NCBI RefSeq assembly: GCF_000284455.1
Contig: NC_017039.1
Coordinates: forward strand, 3,330,001 to 3,362,000
Direction of reading: 5' to 3'
Length of the DNA stretch: 32,000 nucleotides
Source of the DNA: Synechocystis sp. PCC 6803 substr. PCC-P
Lineage (GTDB): Bacteria; Cyanobacteriota; Cyanobacteriia; Cyanobacteriales; Microcystaceae
A program made the translations under genes and the position numbers. Positions 16,517-26,689 of the stretch are shown in pieces. Each line of letters begins with the position of its first letter. Position 1 is the stretch's first letter. The notes below the pieces were generated by a model that was not told where the DNA came from, made no database searches, and saw only the letters and a list, made by a program, of their open reading frames with translations.

Positions 16517-19123
16517 ATGTTGCAAGCCTACCGTCGCCACGTTGCCGATCGCCAAAAGTTAGGCATTCCCCCCCTGCCCCTCAACGCCCAGCAGACTACT
16601 GAACTATGTGAACTGCTAAAAAATCCCCCCGAAGCGGAAAAAGAGGAATTGATGATGTTATTGCGGGATCGGGTTCCCCCTGGGGTGGACGAGGCGGCCT
16701 ATGTCAAAGCGGGTTTCCTCACGGCGATCGCCAAAGGCGAAGTAACCTGTCCATTAATCAGCGGCCAAGGGGCGGTGGACTTATTAGGAACCATGATCGG
16801 CGGATATAATGTTCAATCCTTGATCGAACTGCTCAAGTCAAAAGATACCAACATTGCCAGTGCGGCAGCCACAGCCCTGAGCAAAACCCTGTTAGTCTTT
16901 GATGCCTTTAATGACGTACTCCATTTGAGTGATACCAACGGCTACGCCAAACAAGTAATTGATGCTTGGGCCGAAGGGGCTTGGTTTATCAACAAACCAG
17001 AAGTGCCGGAAAGAATTACGGTAACGGTATTTAAAGTGCCTGGGGAGACAAATACTGATGATCTGTCTCCTGCTCCCCATGCCACCACCCGACCGGACAT
17101 TCCCCTCCATGCCCTGGCCATGCTGGAAGCAAAAATGCCAGAAGGGTTAGGGACTATTGCCGAACTCAAACAAAAGGGCCATCCAGTAGCCTATGTGGGC
17201 GACGTAGTGGGAACGGGATCTTCCCGTAAATCTGCCATCAACTCCGTGCTCTGGCACATTGGCACAGACATTCCCTTTGTGCCCAATAAACGGGCCGGGG
17301 GTTACATTCTGGGCGGAAAAATCGCCCCCATCTTTTTCAACACTGCTGAAGATTCCGGTGCCTTACCCATTGAGTGCGATGTTAACCAACTCAACACCGG
17401 CGATGTAATCACCATTTACCCCAGGGAAGGCAAAATCACCAACAAAGCGGGGGAAACCATCACCACTTTCCAACTGAAACCGGAAACCATTTTGGATGAA
17501 GTGCGGGCCGGAGGTCGTATTCCCCTGCTCATCGGCCGGGCTTTAACTGATAAAACCAGGGAAGCCCTAGGATTATCACCTTCTCCTCTGTTTGTGCGCC
17601 CCACGGCCCCAGCAGATACCGGCAAAGGGTTCACCCTCGCCCAAAAAATGGTGGGCAAAGCCTGCGGCGTACAAGGTATTCGTCCCGGCACTTCCTGTGA
17701 ACCAATTATGACCACAGTGGGTTCCCAAGACACTACTGGCCCCATGACCAGGGATGAGTTGAAGGAACTAGCTTGCCTTGGCTTTAACGCCGATCTGACT
17801 TTGCAAACCTTCTGTCACACCGCTGCCTACCCCAAACCAGTTGATATTAAAACCCATAAAGATTTACCGGACTTTTTCTCCACCCGGGGCGGTGTTGCTC
17901 TGCGGCCTGGGGATGGCATCATTCACTCCTGGCTCAATCGGATGCTATTACCGGACACCGTTGGTACCGGGGGCGACTCCCACACCCGTTTTCCCCTAGG
18001 AATTTCCTTTCCGGCCGGCTCTGGTCTGGTGGCCTTTGCCGCAGCCTTGGGGGTAATGCCGTTGGATATGCCGGAATCGGTGTTGGTCAAATTCACAGGG
18101 GAATTGCAACCGGGGGTCACCCTGCGGGACATTGTCAATGCCATTCCCTGGGTGGCAATGCAACAGGGCAAACTCACCGTGGGCAAAGGGGACAAGGTTA
18201 ATGTGTTTAACGGTCGGATCATGGAAATGGAAGGATTACCGGATCTGAAAGTCGAGCAGGCGTTTGAGTTGACCGATGCCACCGCTGAACGCTCCTGTTC
18301 CGGTTCCACCATTAAGCTGAGCGAAGAAACTGTGGCGGAATATCTACGCTCCAATGTGGTGCTGATGAAAAATATGATTGCCCGGGGTTATCAGGATGCC
18401 CGTACTCTGTTGCGTCGCATTGCCAAAATGGAGGAATGGTTAGCTAATCCCAGTTTGATGAGTGGGGATGCTGATGCGGAATATGCCGATGTTATTGAAG
18501 TCAATCTGGATGAAATCAAGGAACCCATTGTGGCGGCCCCCAACGATCCCGATAACGTTAAATTAATGTCGGAATGTGCCGGGGATGTGATCCACGAAGT
18601 GTTTATTGGTTCCTGCATGACCAATATCGGCCATTACCGGGCCGCCGCCAAAATCCTCGAAGGAGCTGGTACGGTCAAAGGTCGCCTCTGGATTTGTCCC
18701 CCCACTCGCATGGATGAACAACAGTTACGGGAAGAAGGGATATATGGCATTTTTGCCGCCGCCGGGGCCCGTACGGAAATGCCCGGTTGTTCCCTCTGCA
18801 TGGGCAACCAAGCCCGGGTGGAAGATGGGGTAACAGTCTTTTCGACCTCTACCCGTAATTTCAACAACCGCATGGGTAAAGGAGCCCAGGTTTATCTCGG
18901 TTCCGCTGAGTTAGCCGCAGTTTGTGCCCTCCTCGGCAAAATTCCCACAGTGGAAGAATATCTGGCGATCGTCTCCGAAAAAGTTGCTCCGTTTGAAGGC
19001 GAACTTTACCGCTACCTCAATTTCAATGAGATTGATAATTTCGAGGACTTCGGCCGAGTCATTCCCCTAGACCAAATGCCCAAGATTGAGGATATTTTGG
19101 GAATGCCAGTGGGAGCTAAGTAA
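16517..19123 (+). CDS. acnB: Aconitate hydratase B (bifunctional aconitase / 2-methylisocitrate dehydratase type)
   Basis: 868-aa ORF. The AcnB-specific N-terminal HEAT-like region is [24 protein letters not shown] swivel domain precedes the catalytic domains. Fe-S ligand regions are GSCMTN and [11 protein letters not shown]. Confidence 0.95.
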   Translation: MLQAYRRHVADRQKLGIPPLPLNAQQTTELCELLKNPPEAEKEELMMLLRDRVPPGVDEAAYVKAGFLTAIAKGEVTCPLISGQGAVDLLGTMIGGYNVQSLIELLKSKDTNIASAAATALSKTLLVFDAFNDVLHLSDTNGYAKQVIDAWAEGAWFINKPEVPERITVTVFKVPGETNTDDLSPAPHATTRPDIPLHALAMLEAKMPEGLGTIAELKQKGHPVAYVGDVVGTGSSRKSAINSVLWHIGTDIPFVPNKRAGGYILGGKIAPIFFNTAEDSGALPIECDVNQLNTGDVITIYPREGKITNKAGETITTFQLKPETILDEVRAGGRIPLLIGRALTDKTREALGLSPSPLFVRPTAPADTGKGFTLAQKMVGKACGVQGIRPGTSCEPIMTTVGSQDTTGPMTRDELKELACLGFNADLTLQTFCHTAAYPKPVDIKTHKDLPDFFSTRGGVALRPGDGIIHSWLNRMLLPDTVGTGGDSHTRFPLGISFPAGSGLVAFAAALGVMPLDMPESVLVKFTGELQPGVTLRDIVNAIPWVAMQQGKLTVGKGDKVNVFNGRIMEMEGLPDLKVEQAFELTDATAERSCSGSTIKLSEETVAEYLRSNVVLMKNMIARGYQDARTLLRRIAKMEEWLANPSLMSGDADAEYADVIEVNLDEIKEPIVAAPNDPDNVKLMSECAGDVIHEVFIGSCMTNIGHYRAAAKILEGAGTVKGRLWICPPTRMDEQQLREEGIYGIFAAAGARTEMPGCSLCMGNQARVEDGVTVFSTSTRNFNNRMGKGAQVYLGSAELAAVCALLGKIPTVEEYLAIVSEKVAPFEGELYRYLNFNEIDNFEDFGRVIPLDQMPKIEDILGMPVGAK

Positions 19124-19136
19124 GCCGTAAAATTAT

Positions 19137-19166
19137 GGTGGGCCTTTTATGGCTCACCTTAATTTT
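19137..19166 (+). terminator. Possible intrinsic terminator downstream of acnB
   Basis: The sequence is GGTGGGCC-TTTTAT-GGCTCACC (7 of 8 stem pairs) followed by TTAATTTT, beginning 13 nt after the acnB stop codon. Confidence 0.4.
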
Positions 19167-19352
19167 GACTATTCATTTAATTCACCCCTTATCATCACCG
19201 AAGCAGAATATTTTATTACCAGGAAAGGATTTTATTTCGTCTTGAAACAAAGCTTCTCCAAAGCATAGACACAATCACTGTATTGGGGAGACTGAAGATT
19301 TTCTGTGTAGTCCTTAAGTCTGGCTCAAATTTTCTAACTATCCCAATTTTAA

Positions 19353-20180
19353 ATGGACAACGCGACAATCACTGCAATTGCTACAGGACTACTAGTCGTG
19401 GTCGGGATTGCCCAAATCGGCATCTTGACCTCACAAAACCGCCAAACTCGCCTGGCATTAGTGTCAGAGTACTGGAAACGCTGGCACAATTCTAAGGATT
19501 ACTGGGGACGGATAATATTTGTTGGACGAGAACTTGATGAATACTACCAAGTGCTTAATCAGAAGGAGCTAAGGGAGCTTTGCGATCTATTGAAGGAAGT
19601 GAGATCTGACGCACCGACTATTTGGGCTTTGGAAAGTATTCGTGTCGTGTCTGGAATACTGGGAGACGTTTCGATGAGAATTCTTCAAGGACAATTGGAT
19701 GTATCTGACGCATATCCAATATTTGGAACTAGTTTACTCCGTCATAGTCTCCCTCTACGAAAGCTTCTCGATTCAAGTTATCAAGATAGGCATTTTGATC
19801 CCGGAATATCTGAAAGTCATAAGGAGGTGCGGAGAGAGTTGCAGCACTGGTTAATCTACCATAATGGTTTGCGGCGCCGATGCTTGATTCTTCTCGATCT
19901 ATTGTGGGCCGAGGCAGTCAGGCTTGAAGATTTGCCGCCACAAGATATTGAGAGTGCCGCAGAAGCTAAGAAGCAGACAGGTTCAAGAAATAGATCTAGA
20001 CTTTTCCGAGAAGCGCTTCGTTTAAACGGACTGTTTCGGTTCTTCTTTGCGTGGCAACTGTCTAGGTTTCTACTCCACGCAGAATACAAATCCATTTGGA
20101 ACTGGAATGGAATCAGCAAGAAGCGTTTGAAGAATCTGGACTCGACTTGGACGAAGCATCTACTTCAAAAATATGACTAG
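19353..20180 (+). CDS. Hypothetical protein with one N-terminal transmembrane helix and a helical cytoplasmic body
   Basis: 275-aa ORF with an ATG start. The N-terminus ITAIATGLLVVVGIAQIGILT is hydrophobic. The rest is charged and helical with no motif I can assign. Codon choice (cga, aga, tca, cta) differs from neighbouring core genes. Confidence 0.55.
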   Translation: MDNATITAIATGLLVVVGIAQIGILTSQNRQTRLALVSEYWKRWHNSKDYWGRIIFVGRELDEYYQVLNQKELRELCDLLKEVRSDAPTIWALESIRVVSGILGDVSMRILQGQLDVSDAYPIFGTSLLRHSLPLRKLLDSSYQDRHFDPGISESHKEVRRELQHWLIYHNGLRRRCLILLDLLWAEAVRLEDLPPQDIESAAEAKKQTGSRNRSRLFREALRLNGLFRFFFAWQLSRFLLHAEYKSIWNWNGISKKRLKNLDSTWTKHLLQKYD

Positions 20181-20218
20181 CTCAAGCGCAAACCAAACTT
20201 AAATGCTGAAAGGTTGGA

Positions 20219-20362
20219 ATGAATTATTCAACGATTAAAATTTTAGATACCTTACTCATTCAAAAAATCATTATTACTGACGAAGCGCTCAGTGTTAATT
20301 TGTTTGATAGGCGATCTATTTCTGTCCCTTTAGTCCGATATCTACGAGCATTGGTTAGGTGA
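20219..20362 (+). pseudogene. Decayed DUF2442-like small ORF (47 codons, premature TGA)
   Basis: The ORF reads MNYSTIKILDTLLIQKIIITDEALSVNLFDRRSISVPLVRYLRALVR*. The segment L.V.L.DGR.I.VPL.WYPRL is the core of cyanobacterial DUF2442 proteins. After the TGA the same frame continues SPTWSIMLAINVWW..., weakly like the C-terminal half (NW.L.G.G.GIHW). Confidence 0.3.
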
Positions 20363-20508
20363 TCGCCAACGTGGTCTATAATGTTAGCAATAAATGTTTG
20401 GTGGTTTACAGTGAATAAACCTATCCTAAGGAGTGATTTTTCTACCAAAGATAGAAGATTTAACTCACAAATCATCTTCTTAAGATTTTTAATTGGGGAT
20501 ATAAGTCA

Positions 20509-21030
20509 ATGTCTAAAAAACAATATCTAAAGCGGTTTGAAGATTTTCTATCAGAACAAGAATCTGAAAATAATGAATCCTTAGCCATTGACTATGAGGA
20601 AGATAAACAAAAATGGCTTGCTAAAATTGATGAATTTTATGAGCTTGTTCAAGAATATATTCATGGCTATCTAGAACAAGGCAAAATAGGTGAAGAATGG
20701 AAAACACTTCAGCTACAAGAAGATCACTTTGGAGAATATGAAGTTAAACAATTAATATTAAAAATAGGAAAAAAAAGACTAATTTTTAAGCCAGTTGGTC
20801 GATTTATTGTTGGTTGTCAAGGCCGTATTGATTTAATTTCTGATCTGGGTAGTGTTCGGTTTTTATTGGTTCCGAAAGATTTTGATGAACCAAGCACTTT
20901 CTTTCTGGGACACTTTACGCCCCAAACTCAATGGCTATGGAAAATTGCCTCTCGCCCTCCTAAAGTAAGTTATTTAGAAATTACGGAGGAAACTTTTTTT
21001 CAAGCTTTAATGGAAGTCGTCAATGCTTAA
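20509..21030 (+). CDS. Hypothetical protein, first gene of an AT-rich overlapping gene pair
   Basis: 173-aa ORF with an ATG start. The N-terminal ~60 aa are acidic and helical, and the C-terminal half looks beta-rich (KRLIFKPVGRFIVGCQGRIDLISDLGSVRFLLVP). No family was recognised. Its stop overlaps the next start (ATGCTTAA, 21023-21030). Confidence 0.6.
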   Translation: MSKKQYLKRFEDFLSEQESENNESLAIDYEEDKQKWLAKIDEFYELVQEYIHGYLEQGKIGEEWKTLQLQEDHFGEYEVKQLILKIGKKRLIFKPVGRFIVGCQGRIDLISDLGSVRFLLVPKDFDEPSTFFLGHFTPQTQWLWKIASRPPKVSYLEITEETFFQALMEVVNA

Positions 21031-21559
21031 AAAAGTATCGTTTTCTAGTGAGAACTTGTCTCTGTTAAATATTGCTGATTATTATGGTGATAGTGAAAAA
21101 GCATTAAGACTTTTCTTTAGCCCCAAAAATCCTGCATATACTTTGAGGTTTAATGGTTATACCAGAAATGAAGTTGAAGGAGAATTAAAATTAAGATTAC
21201 AGGAATTAGATAAAGCAGTTTCGCTTTCGATTTTATCTGCCTTAGAAGCATTACTTCGTGTTGATTATTTGACACGATGTTACAAGAAAAAAAAGGATCC
21301 TTTGTCTAGAAAAATGCGAAATATTTACAAAAGCAAAGGTGTTCGTGCTTCTTTAGAAAGAGATATTCTAAGATTATGGAAAGAAATTTGTCCAGAATAT
21401 AAAAGTTTTATTTCAGAAGTAATAACTGCTTTTGATTATCGAAATTGGTTGGCCCATGGCCGTTACTGGGAACCTAAATTAGGTAGAAATTTTGATTATA
21501 GTTCTTTGTACGATTTAGCAGAATCTATTGAGCAACTATTGATATCTTCTCGCACCTAA
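21023..21559 (+). CDS. Hypothetical small helical protein with HEPN-type R-N-x3-H motif (putative RNase toxin)
   Basis: 178-aa ORF. FDYRNWLAHGRYW contains R140-N-W-L-A-H145 (nt 21440-21457), which matches the R[NQ]xxxH form of the HEPN Rx4-6H motif. It is preceded by helical segments (SILSALEALLRVDYLTR). The gene is translationally coupled to the upstream gene. Confidence 0.55.
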   Translation: MLKKVSFSSENLSLLNIADYYGDSEKALRLFFSPKNPAYTLRFNGYTRNEVEGELKLRLQELDKAVSLSILSALEALLRVDYLTRCYKKKKDPLSRKMRNIYKSKGVRASLERDILRLWKEICPEYKSFISEVITAFDYRNWLAHGRYWEPKLGRNFDYSSLYDLAESIEQLLISSRT

Positions 21560-21700
21560 AGGCAAGTAGTAATTAGATTTTATTTGTCCGTTATTGAGTA
21601 AATAATTCCGGAACAACAGTTACCGATCGCCAGTTGCATTAGCCAAAGCAAGCGGGAACTTTCATAATGAGACAAAGGCAATCTTCACCGCAGGGACATT

Positions 21701-22018
21701 ATGGGCTTACTCGTCAACGGCATTTGGCAAGATCAGTGGTACGACACCAAAAGTACCGGAGGGCAGTTTGTGCGGCAAGATTCCCAATTTTGCCATTGGA
21801 TTACCCCTGATGGATCAACGGGACCTATCGGTAAAGTTGGATTCAAAGCGGAAGCATGACGATATCAACTACACGTTTCTTTGCCCTCTCCGCGAGCATA
21901 CCGCACCCTGATTTTTCGTAAACTTAAAGACTTAGAAAGAGAAGGGATGATTGTCAGAATCGATGCCCTCAATGGGGGAAGAAAAGATTTCCTCCCCTTA
22001 TTTGAGCGGAACGATTAA
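21701..22018 (+). pseudogene. Truncated, inactivated YqjG/ECM4-type glutathionyl-hydroquinone reductase (Xi-class GST) gene fragment
   Basis: MGLLVNGIWQDQWYDTKSTGGQFVRQDSQFCHWITPDGSTGPIGKVGFKAEA*RYQLHVSLPSPRAYRTLIFRKLKDLE parallels E. coli YqjG MGQLIDGVWHDTWYDTKSTGGKFQRSASAFRNWLTADG...[32 protein letters not shown]. There is an in-frame TGA at 21857-21859. The catalytic CPWA is replaced by SPRA. Similarity ends after ~85 codons, and the frame stops at 22016-22018, directly against the glsF stop. Confidence 0.75.
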
Positions 22019-25000
22019 CTAGACAGAGGTCAGTGTCTTCTCCCCGGTTAAGCTGACATCCCCATTGGCTTCAGGAGAGTCTTTTTCGGAAGGAGGAACG
22101 GCCTGCCAGAATTTGCCGAGATAATCGGACCAGTTAGCCAGAATTGCCTTGCCTTTTGGGCTACCTGTGTGTTCAACGTGGGCAGTAATCAAGGATTTCA
22201 ATTGTTCCTCCCCTTTAGAAGCTGTGATCCTTTGCAAGGTGATGATTTCCGGGTTGATTTTTTCTGGTAAATCCCCTACTTCATCGAGGAAGTAAGCCAA
22301 ACCACCAGTCATGCCAGCACCAACGTTCCGACCCACAGGGCCAAGGACGACAATCACGCCACCGGTCATATATTCACAACAGTGATCGCCAGCTCCTTCA
22401 ATCACGGCTTTACCCACGGAGTTACGCACTGCAAAGCGTTCCCCCGCCCGGCCGTTGGCATAAAGGTTGCCCCCCGTCGCTCCATAGAGACAGGTGTTAC
22501 CAATAATTACATTGTCTTCCGGTGCAAAGCTCGCCTGGGGATGGGGCACGATGACAATTTCACCCCCATTCATGCCTTTGCCCACATAGTCGTTGGCTTC
22601 CCCTTGCAGATGTAGGGTCATGCCATCCAGGTTAAAGGCACCAAAACTCTGACCAGCGGCGCCTTGGAAGTTGAGGGTAATGTTACCTTCAAAACCATTG
22701 TTGCCATACTTTTTGGCGATCGCCCCGGAGAGACGGGTGCCCACAGTGCGGTCGGTATTGACCAGCCGATAGGTTTTGGTCGCAGTGGTTTGATGGTTAA
22801 TGGCTTCTTGGATGTCAGGGTCGGCCAAAATGTCGTCGTCCAACACTGGGCCGTTGCTGTGGACTGGTTCGTGATTTAACCATTGCCGGTTTTGCTTCGT
22901 GTCGGGCAAATTTAACAGACAATCTAAGGTCAGATTCTGGGTTTTGCTCAACTGGACATCGGAGCGAACTTTGAGTAGATCAGTGCGGCCAATGATGTCG
23001 TCCAAACTGCGATAACCTAAATGGGCCAACAGGGAGCGCACTTCCTCGGCAATGAAATAGAAGAAATTAACCACCTGCCCCGGCACTCCTTTAAAGCGTT
23101 GCCGTAACCGTTCTTGCTGGGTGGCAACCCCGACGGGACAATTATTAGTGTGGCAAACCCGGGCCATAATGCAACCTTCGGCAATCATGGCAATGGAGCC
23201 AAAGCCATACTCCTCCGCTCCCATAAGGGCGGCCATCACTACGTCCCAACCGGTTTTCAGACCACCATCAGCCCGCAGCAAAACCCGATCGCGCAGTTGG
23301 TTTTCCATTAACACCCGATGCACTTCCGTAACACCAAGCTCCCAGGGAGAACCAGCGTGTTTAATGGAGCTTAAAGGTGATGCCCCTGTACCACCGTCAT
23401 GGCCAGAAATTTGGATAATATCCGCATTGGCCTTAGCAACCCCAGCGGCGATCGTACCAATACCAATTTCCGCCACCAATTTCACCGATACCTGGGCTTC
23501 GGGATTGATTTGATGGAGATCGTAAATTAATTGGGCTAAATCTTCGATGGAGTAAATGTCATGGTGGGGCGGCGGAGAAATGAGGGTTACACCGGGTTTA
23601 GAACGGCGCAACATGGCAATATATTCACTGACTTTTTTGCCTGGTAACTGCCCCCCTTCCCCAGGTTTAGCACCCTGGGCCATTTTAATTTCCAACTGTT
23701 TGCCACTCATCAAATATTCCGGGGTAACCCCAAAACGACCGGAGGCAATTTGCTTAATGGCGGAGTTGGCCGTGTCTCCATTTTGCAGGCCGTGGAGATG
23801 GGGCAAGGTGGGGGAATTTCCTTCGCTATCCACATCATCTAGAGTGAGGTAACGTACTACATCTTCTCCCCCTTCCCCGGAATTGGATTTAGCTCCTAAA
23901 CGATTCATGGCGATCGCCAAGGTTTCATGGGCTTCCCGGGACAACGCACCGAGGGACATACCGCCAGTACAGAAGCGCTTGACAATACTTTCCACCGATT
24001 CCACTTCTTCTAAGGAAATGGCCGGTTGGTCTGCATTGAAATCGAGCAAATCCCGCAGGGCAGTGACAGGACGGTCTTTGAGATATTGACGGTACAACTC
24101 GTAATGGTCATAGGCTTCCCCATTGTTACCATTACCGCCCACTTTGTAGGCTGCCACTGCCTTATGGAGAGACTTGGACATCTCCGGCGAGTTCATGTGA
24201 TATTCTCCGCCGGGACGGTAGTTGACAAAGCCAAAGTTCTCTAACTTCTTAGCCATTTCCGGGAAGGCCATGCCATGGAAAACCATTACTTCCCCGGCCA
24301 CATCAGCGATGGTCAAACCGCCCACCCGACTGGTAGTTCCAGCAAAGGCATATTCCACCAATTCCGCCCCTAAACCGATCGCCTCGAAGATTTGGGCACC
24401 GTGGTAGGAAGCCAGCAGGGAAATGCCCATTTTGGAGAGAATTTTAAATAATCCTGCTTCCACGGATTGGCGATAATTCTTCAGCGCCGTGGGTAAGTCA
24501 ATCCGATCCAAGCGCCCATTTTCCATCAGCTTTTGGGTCTTTTCATCTAACCACCATTGCCGCACGGATTCCAACGCTAGGTAGGGACAAATGGCCGAAG
24601 CACCATAGCCTACCAAGCAGGCAAAATGATGGGTACTCCAACACTGGGCGGTGTCCACAATTAGGGACGCTTTTAGCCTTAGCCCGGCCCGAATTAGATG
24701 GTGATGTACTGCTCCCACTGCCAACAAGGGGGGAATAAAACTTTGATTCTCAGTCAATATTGCGCCGTTAGGACGATCAGTTAAAACCAAGATTTCTGCC
24801 CCGGCTTGCACAGTGGCGATCGCCGTTTTAACTAAATTATCTAAGGCGGTTTCCAGACTATTCACCCCATCTAGATCGTAAAGGGTAGAAACTTCTGCCA
24901 CCTGCAACTGTCCAGTTTTAATGGCCTGTAACTCTACTTCATTGACCAATGGCGATCGGAGTTTAATCGTCCGCGCGGATTCCGCTTTAGGCTCTAACAA

Positions 25001-26689
25001 ATTGCCCCGTTTGCCTAAAAACATAGCTAGGGACATGACCAAATTTTCCCGCAGAGGATCAATGGGGGGATTGGTCACCTGGGCAAAGCGCTGTTTGAAA
25101 TAGTCGTACAGTAAGCGGGGTTTATGGGATAGTACAGCTAAGGGCGTATCGTCCCCCATGCAAAAAGTTGGTTCCTTACCTTGGCTGGCCATGGGTACCA
25201 CTACCATTTCCACATCTTCAGCGGTGTAGCCAAAAGCTGCCTGTTGTTGCAGTACAGTTTGAGCGTCATTGAATAAAGTTTTTTCAGCAAAGCTATCAGA
25301 AGCTACCGTTTGACGCTGGATTTTTATCCATTCCCCATAGGGATATTTTTGGGCCGCCTGCTGTTTAATTTGATAGTTTTTGAGAATTTTTTGCTCAGCC
25401 AAATCCACCGCAATCATTTGCCCCGGTGCTAGGCGACCTTTTTCAACAATATCTACTTCCGGTAAATCCACGACTCCCGCTTCGGAACCCAAGACAATAT
25501 AGTCATCTTTGGTAATGCAATAACGGGCGGGCCGTAAACCATTCCGGTCTAGCCCAGCGCCAACAATTTTGCCGTCACTAAATACTAATAAAGCGGGGCC
25601 ATCCCAGGGTTCCTGTAAACCGCTGTAGTAGTCATGGAAATCACTAATTTCCGGGTAATCTTTTAAAGCTGGCTGATTTTTATAAGCTTCCGGCACTAAA
25701 ATCATCGCCGCTTCTAGGGGACTGCGGCCAGTACGCACCAACAATTCCAGGGCACTATCAAGGTTATAGGAATCACTGTTGGCTTGGTTAACAATAGGAG
25801 TTAATGCTTCTAACTCCGCCTTTGTCCAGCCCGACACTTCCAATTCTTTTTCCCTGGCCGCCATCCAATTAATATTGCCTAAAAGGGTATTAATTTCCCC
25901 GTTATGACCCAATAGCCGCATGGGTTGAGCCAGGGGCCATTTGGGCATGGTATTGGTGCTGAAACGACGGTGGTAAACGGCGAAATTACTGGTATATCCA
26001 GGATTTTTTAAATCTAAATAAAATTCCCCCAGAATAATGCTCCGGACCATGCCTTTATAGACAATGGTGCGACAGGAAAAGGAACAAACGTAGAAATCTT
26101 CCGCTAATTTTTTACCAATGATGGAGCGGGCAATGTACAATCGCCGATCTAATTCATCTCCGGCACAACCTTCGGGACAAGTAACTAAAATTTGTTCAAT
26201 GTGGGGCTGATTATTTTTGGCTTGAATGCCCAGCACATCAGAATTAACGGGCACTTCCCGCCACCCTAACACTGTTAATTTTTCCAGCCGTACCACTTCT
26301 TCTACGTAGGCCCGGGCCACTTCCCTAGCGGAGGGTTCCTGGGGTAAAAATACCATTCCCACCCCCAGGCGATCGCCATCGGGCATGGGCAAATTGCGGG
26401 TGTTAAACCACTGGGCCAGTAGTTCCCGAGGAATGGCGGTCATCACCCCGGCCCCGTCCCCTGAATCGTTATCGGCACTGCATCCCCCCCGATGTTCCAT
26501 ACACCCCAGAGCCTTTAGGGCCTGCTCCACCAGGGTATGGTCCGGCTTACCCCGGAGATTGGCAATAAAACCCACACCACAGGCATCTCGTTCTTCCACT
26601 AACCAAGGTTGACCAAGGAATGGTTGGTTAGAATTGGTGGCAACAGAGGAGTTTGTCATAGGAGCTAGCAACGGATATTGGAAGGACAT
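22019..26689 (-). CDS. glsF: Glutamate synthase, large single-chain (ferredoxin-dependent type)
   Basis: The Ntn amidotransferase N-terminus is [11 protein letters not shown] (processed Cys). A central domain, an FMN/3Fe-4S domain ([13 protein letters not shown]) and a C-terminal GXGXG beta-helix domain follow. No small-subunit gene is adjacent. I chose the start MSFQYPLL at 26689 (1556 aa). The longest ORF extends to 26713. Confidence 0.93.
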   Translation of the reverse strand: MSFQYPLLAPMTNSSVATNSNQPFLGQPWLVEERDACGVGFIANLRGKPDHTLVEQALKALGCMEHRGGCSADNDSGDGAGVMTAIPRELLAQWFNTRNLPMPDGDRLGVGMVFLPQEPSAREVARAYVEEVVRLEKLTVLGWREVPVNSDVLGIQAKNNQPHIEQILVTCPEGCAGDELDRRLYIARSIIGKKLAEDFYVCSFSCRTIVYKGMVRSIILGEFYLDLKNPGYTSNFAVYHRRFSTNTMPKWPLAQPMRLLGHNGEINTLLGNINWMAAREKELEVSGWTKAELEALTPIVNQANSDSYNLDSALELLVRTGRSPLEAAMILVPEAYKNQPALKDYPEISDFHDYYSGLQEPWDGPALLVFSDGKIVGAGLDRNGLRPARYCITKDDYIVLGSEAGVVDLPEVDIVEKGRLAPGQMIAVDLAEQKILKNYQIKQQAAQKYPYGEWIKIQRQTVASDSFAEKTLFNDAQTVLQQQAAFGYTAEDVEMVVVPMASQGKEPTFCMGDDTPLAVLSHKPRLLYDYFKQRFAQVTNPPIDPLRENLVMSLAMFLGKRGNLLEPKAESARTIKLRSPLVNEVELQAIKTGQLQVAEVSTLYDLDGVNSLETALDNLVKTAIATVQAGAEILVLTDRPNGAILTENQSFIPPLLAVGAVHHHLIRAGLRLKASLIVDTAQCWSTHHFACLVGYGASAICPYLALESVRQWWLDEKTQKLMENGRLDRIDLPTALKNYRQSVEAGLFKILSKMGISLLASYHGAQIFEAIGLGAELVEYAFAGTTSRVGGLTIADVAGEVMVFHGMAFPEMAKKLENFGFVNYRPGGEYHMNSPEMSKSLHKAVAAYKVGGNGNNGEAYDHYELYRQYLKDRPVTALRDLLDFNADQPAISLEEVESVESIVKRFCTGGMSLGALSREAHETLAIAMNRLGAKSNSGEGGEDVVRYLTLDDVDSEGNSPTLPHLHGLQNGDTANSAIKQIASGRFGVTPEYLMSGKQLEIKMAQGAKPGEGGQLPGKKVSEYIAMLRRSKPGVTLISPPPHHDIYSIEDLAQLIYDLHQINPEAQVSVKLVAEIGIGTIAAGVAKANADIIQISGHDGGTGASPLSSIKHAGSPWELGVTEVHRVLMENQLRDRVLLRADGGLKTGWDVVMAALMGAEEYGFGSIAMIAEGCIMARVCHTNNCPVGVATQQERLRQRFKGVPGQVVNFFYFIAEEVRSLLAHLGYRSLDDIIGRTDLLKVRSDVQLSKTQNLTLDCLLNLPDTKQNRQWLNHEPVHSNGPVLDDDILADPDIQEAINHQTTATKTYRLVNTDRTVGTRLSGAIAKKYGNNGFEGNITLNFQGAAGQSFGAFNLDGMTLHLQGEANDYVGKGMNGGEIVIVPHPQASFAPEDNVIIGNTCLYGATGGNLYANGRAGERFAVRNSVGKAVIEGAGDHCCEYMTGGVIVVLGPVGRNVGAGMTGGLAYFLDEVGDLPEKINPEIITLQRITASKGEEQLKSLITAHVEHTGSPKGKAILANWSDYLGKFWQAVPPSEKDSPEANGDVSLTGEKTLTSV

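Noticed and set aside
20260-20475. 71-aa minus-strand ORF between the membrane protein and the AT-rich operon.
   Set aside because: It is antisense to the plus-strand DUF2442-like relic, which has a recognisable motif. The ORF itself has no features and sits in AT-rich sequence where stop-free runs are not expected to be meaningful.
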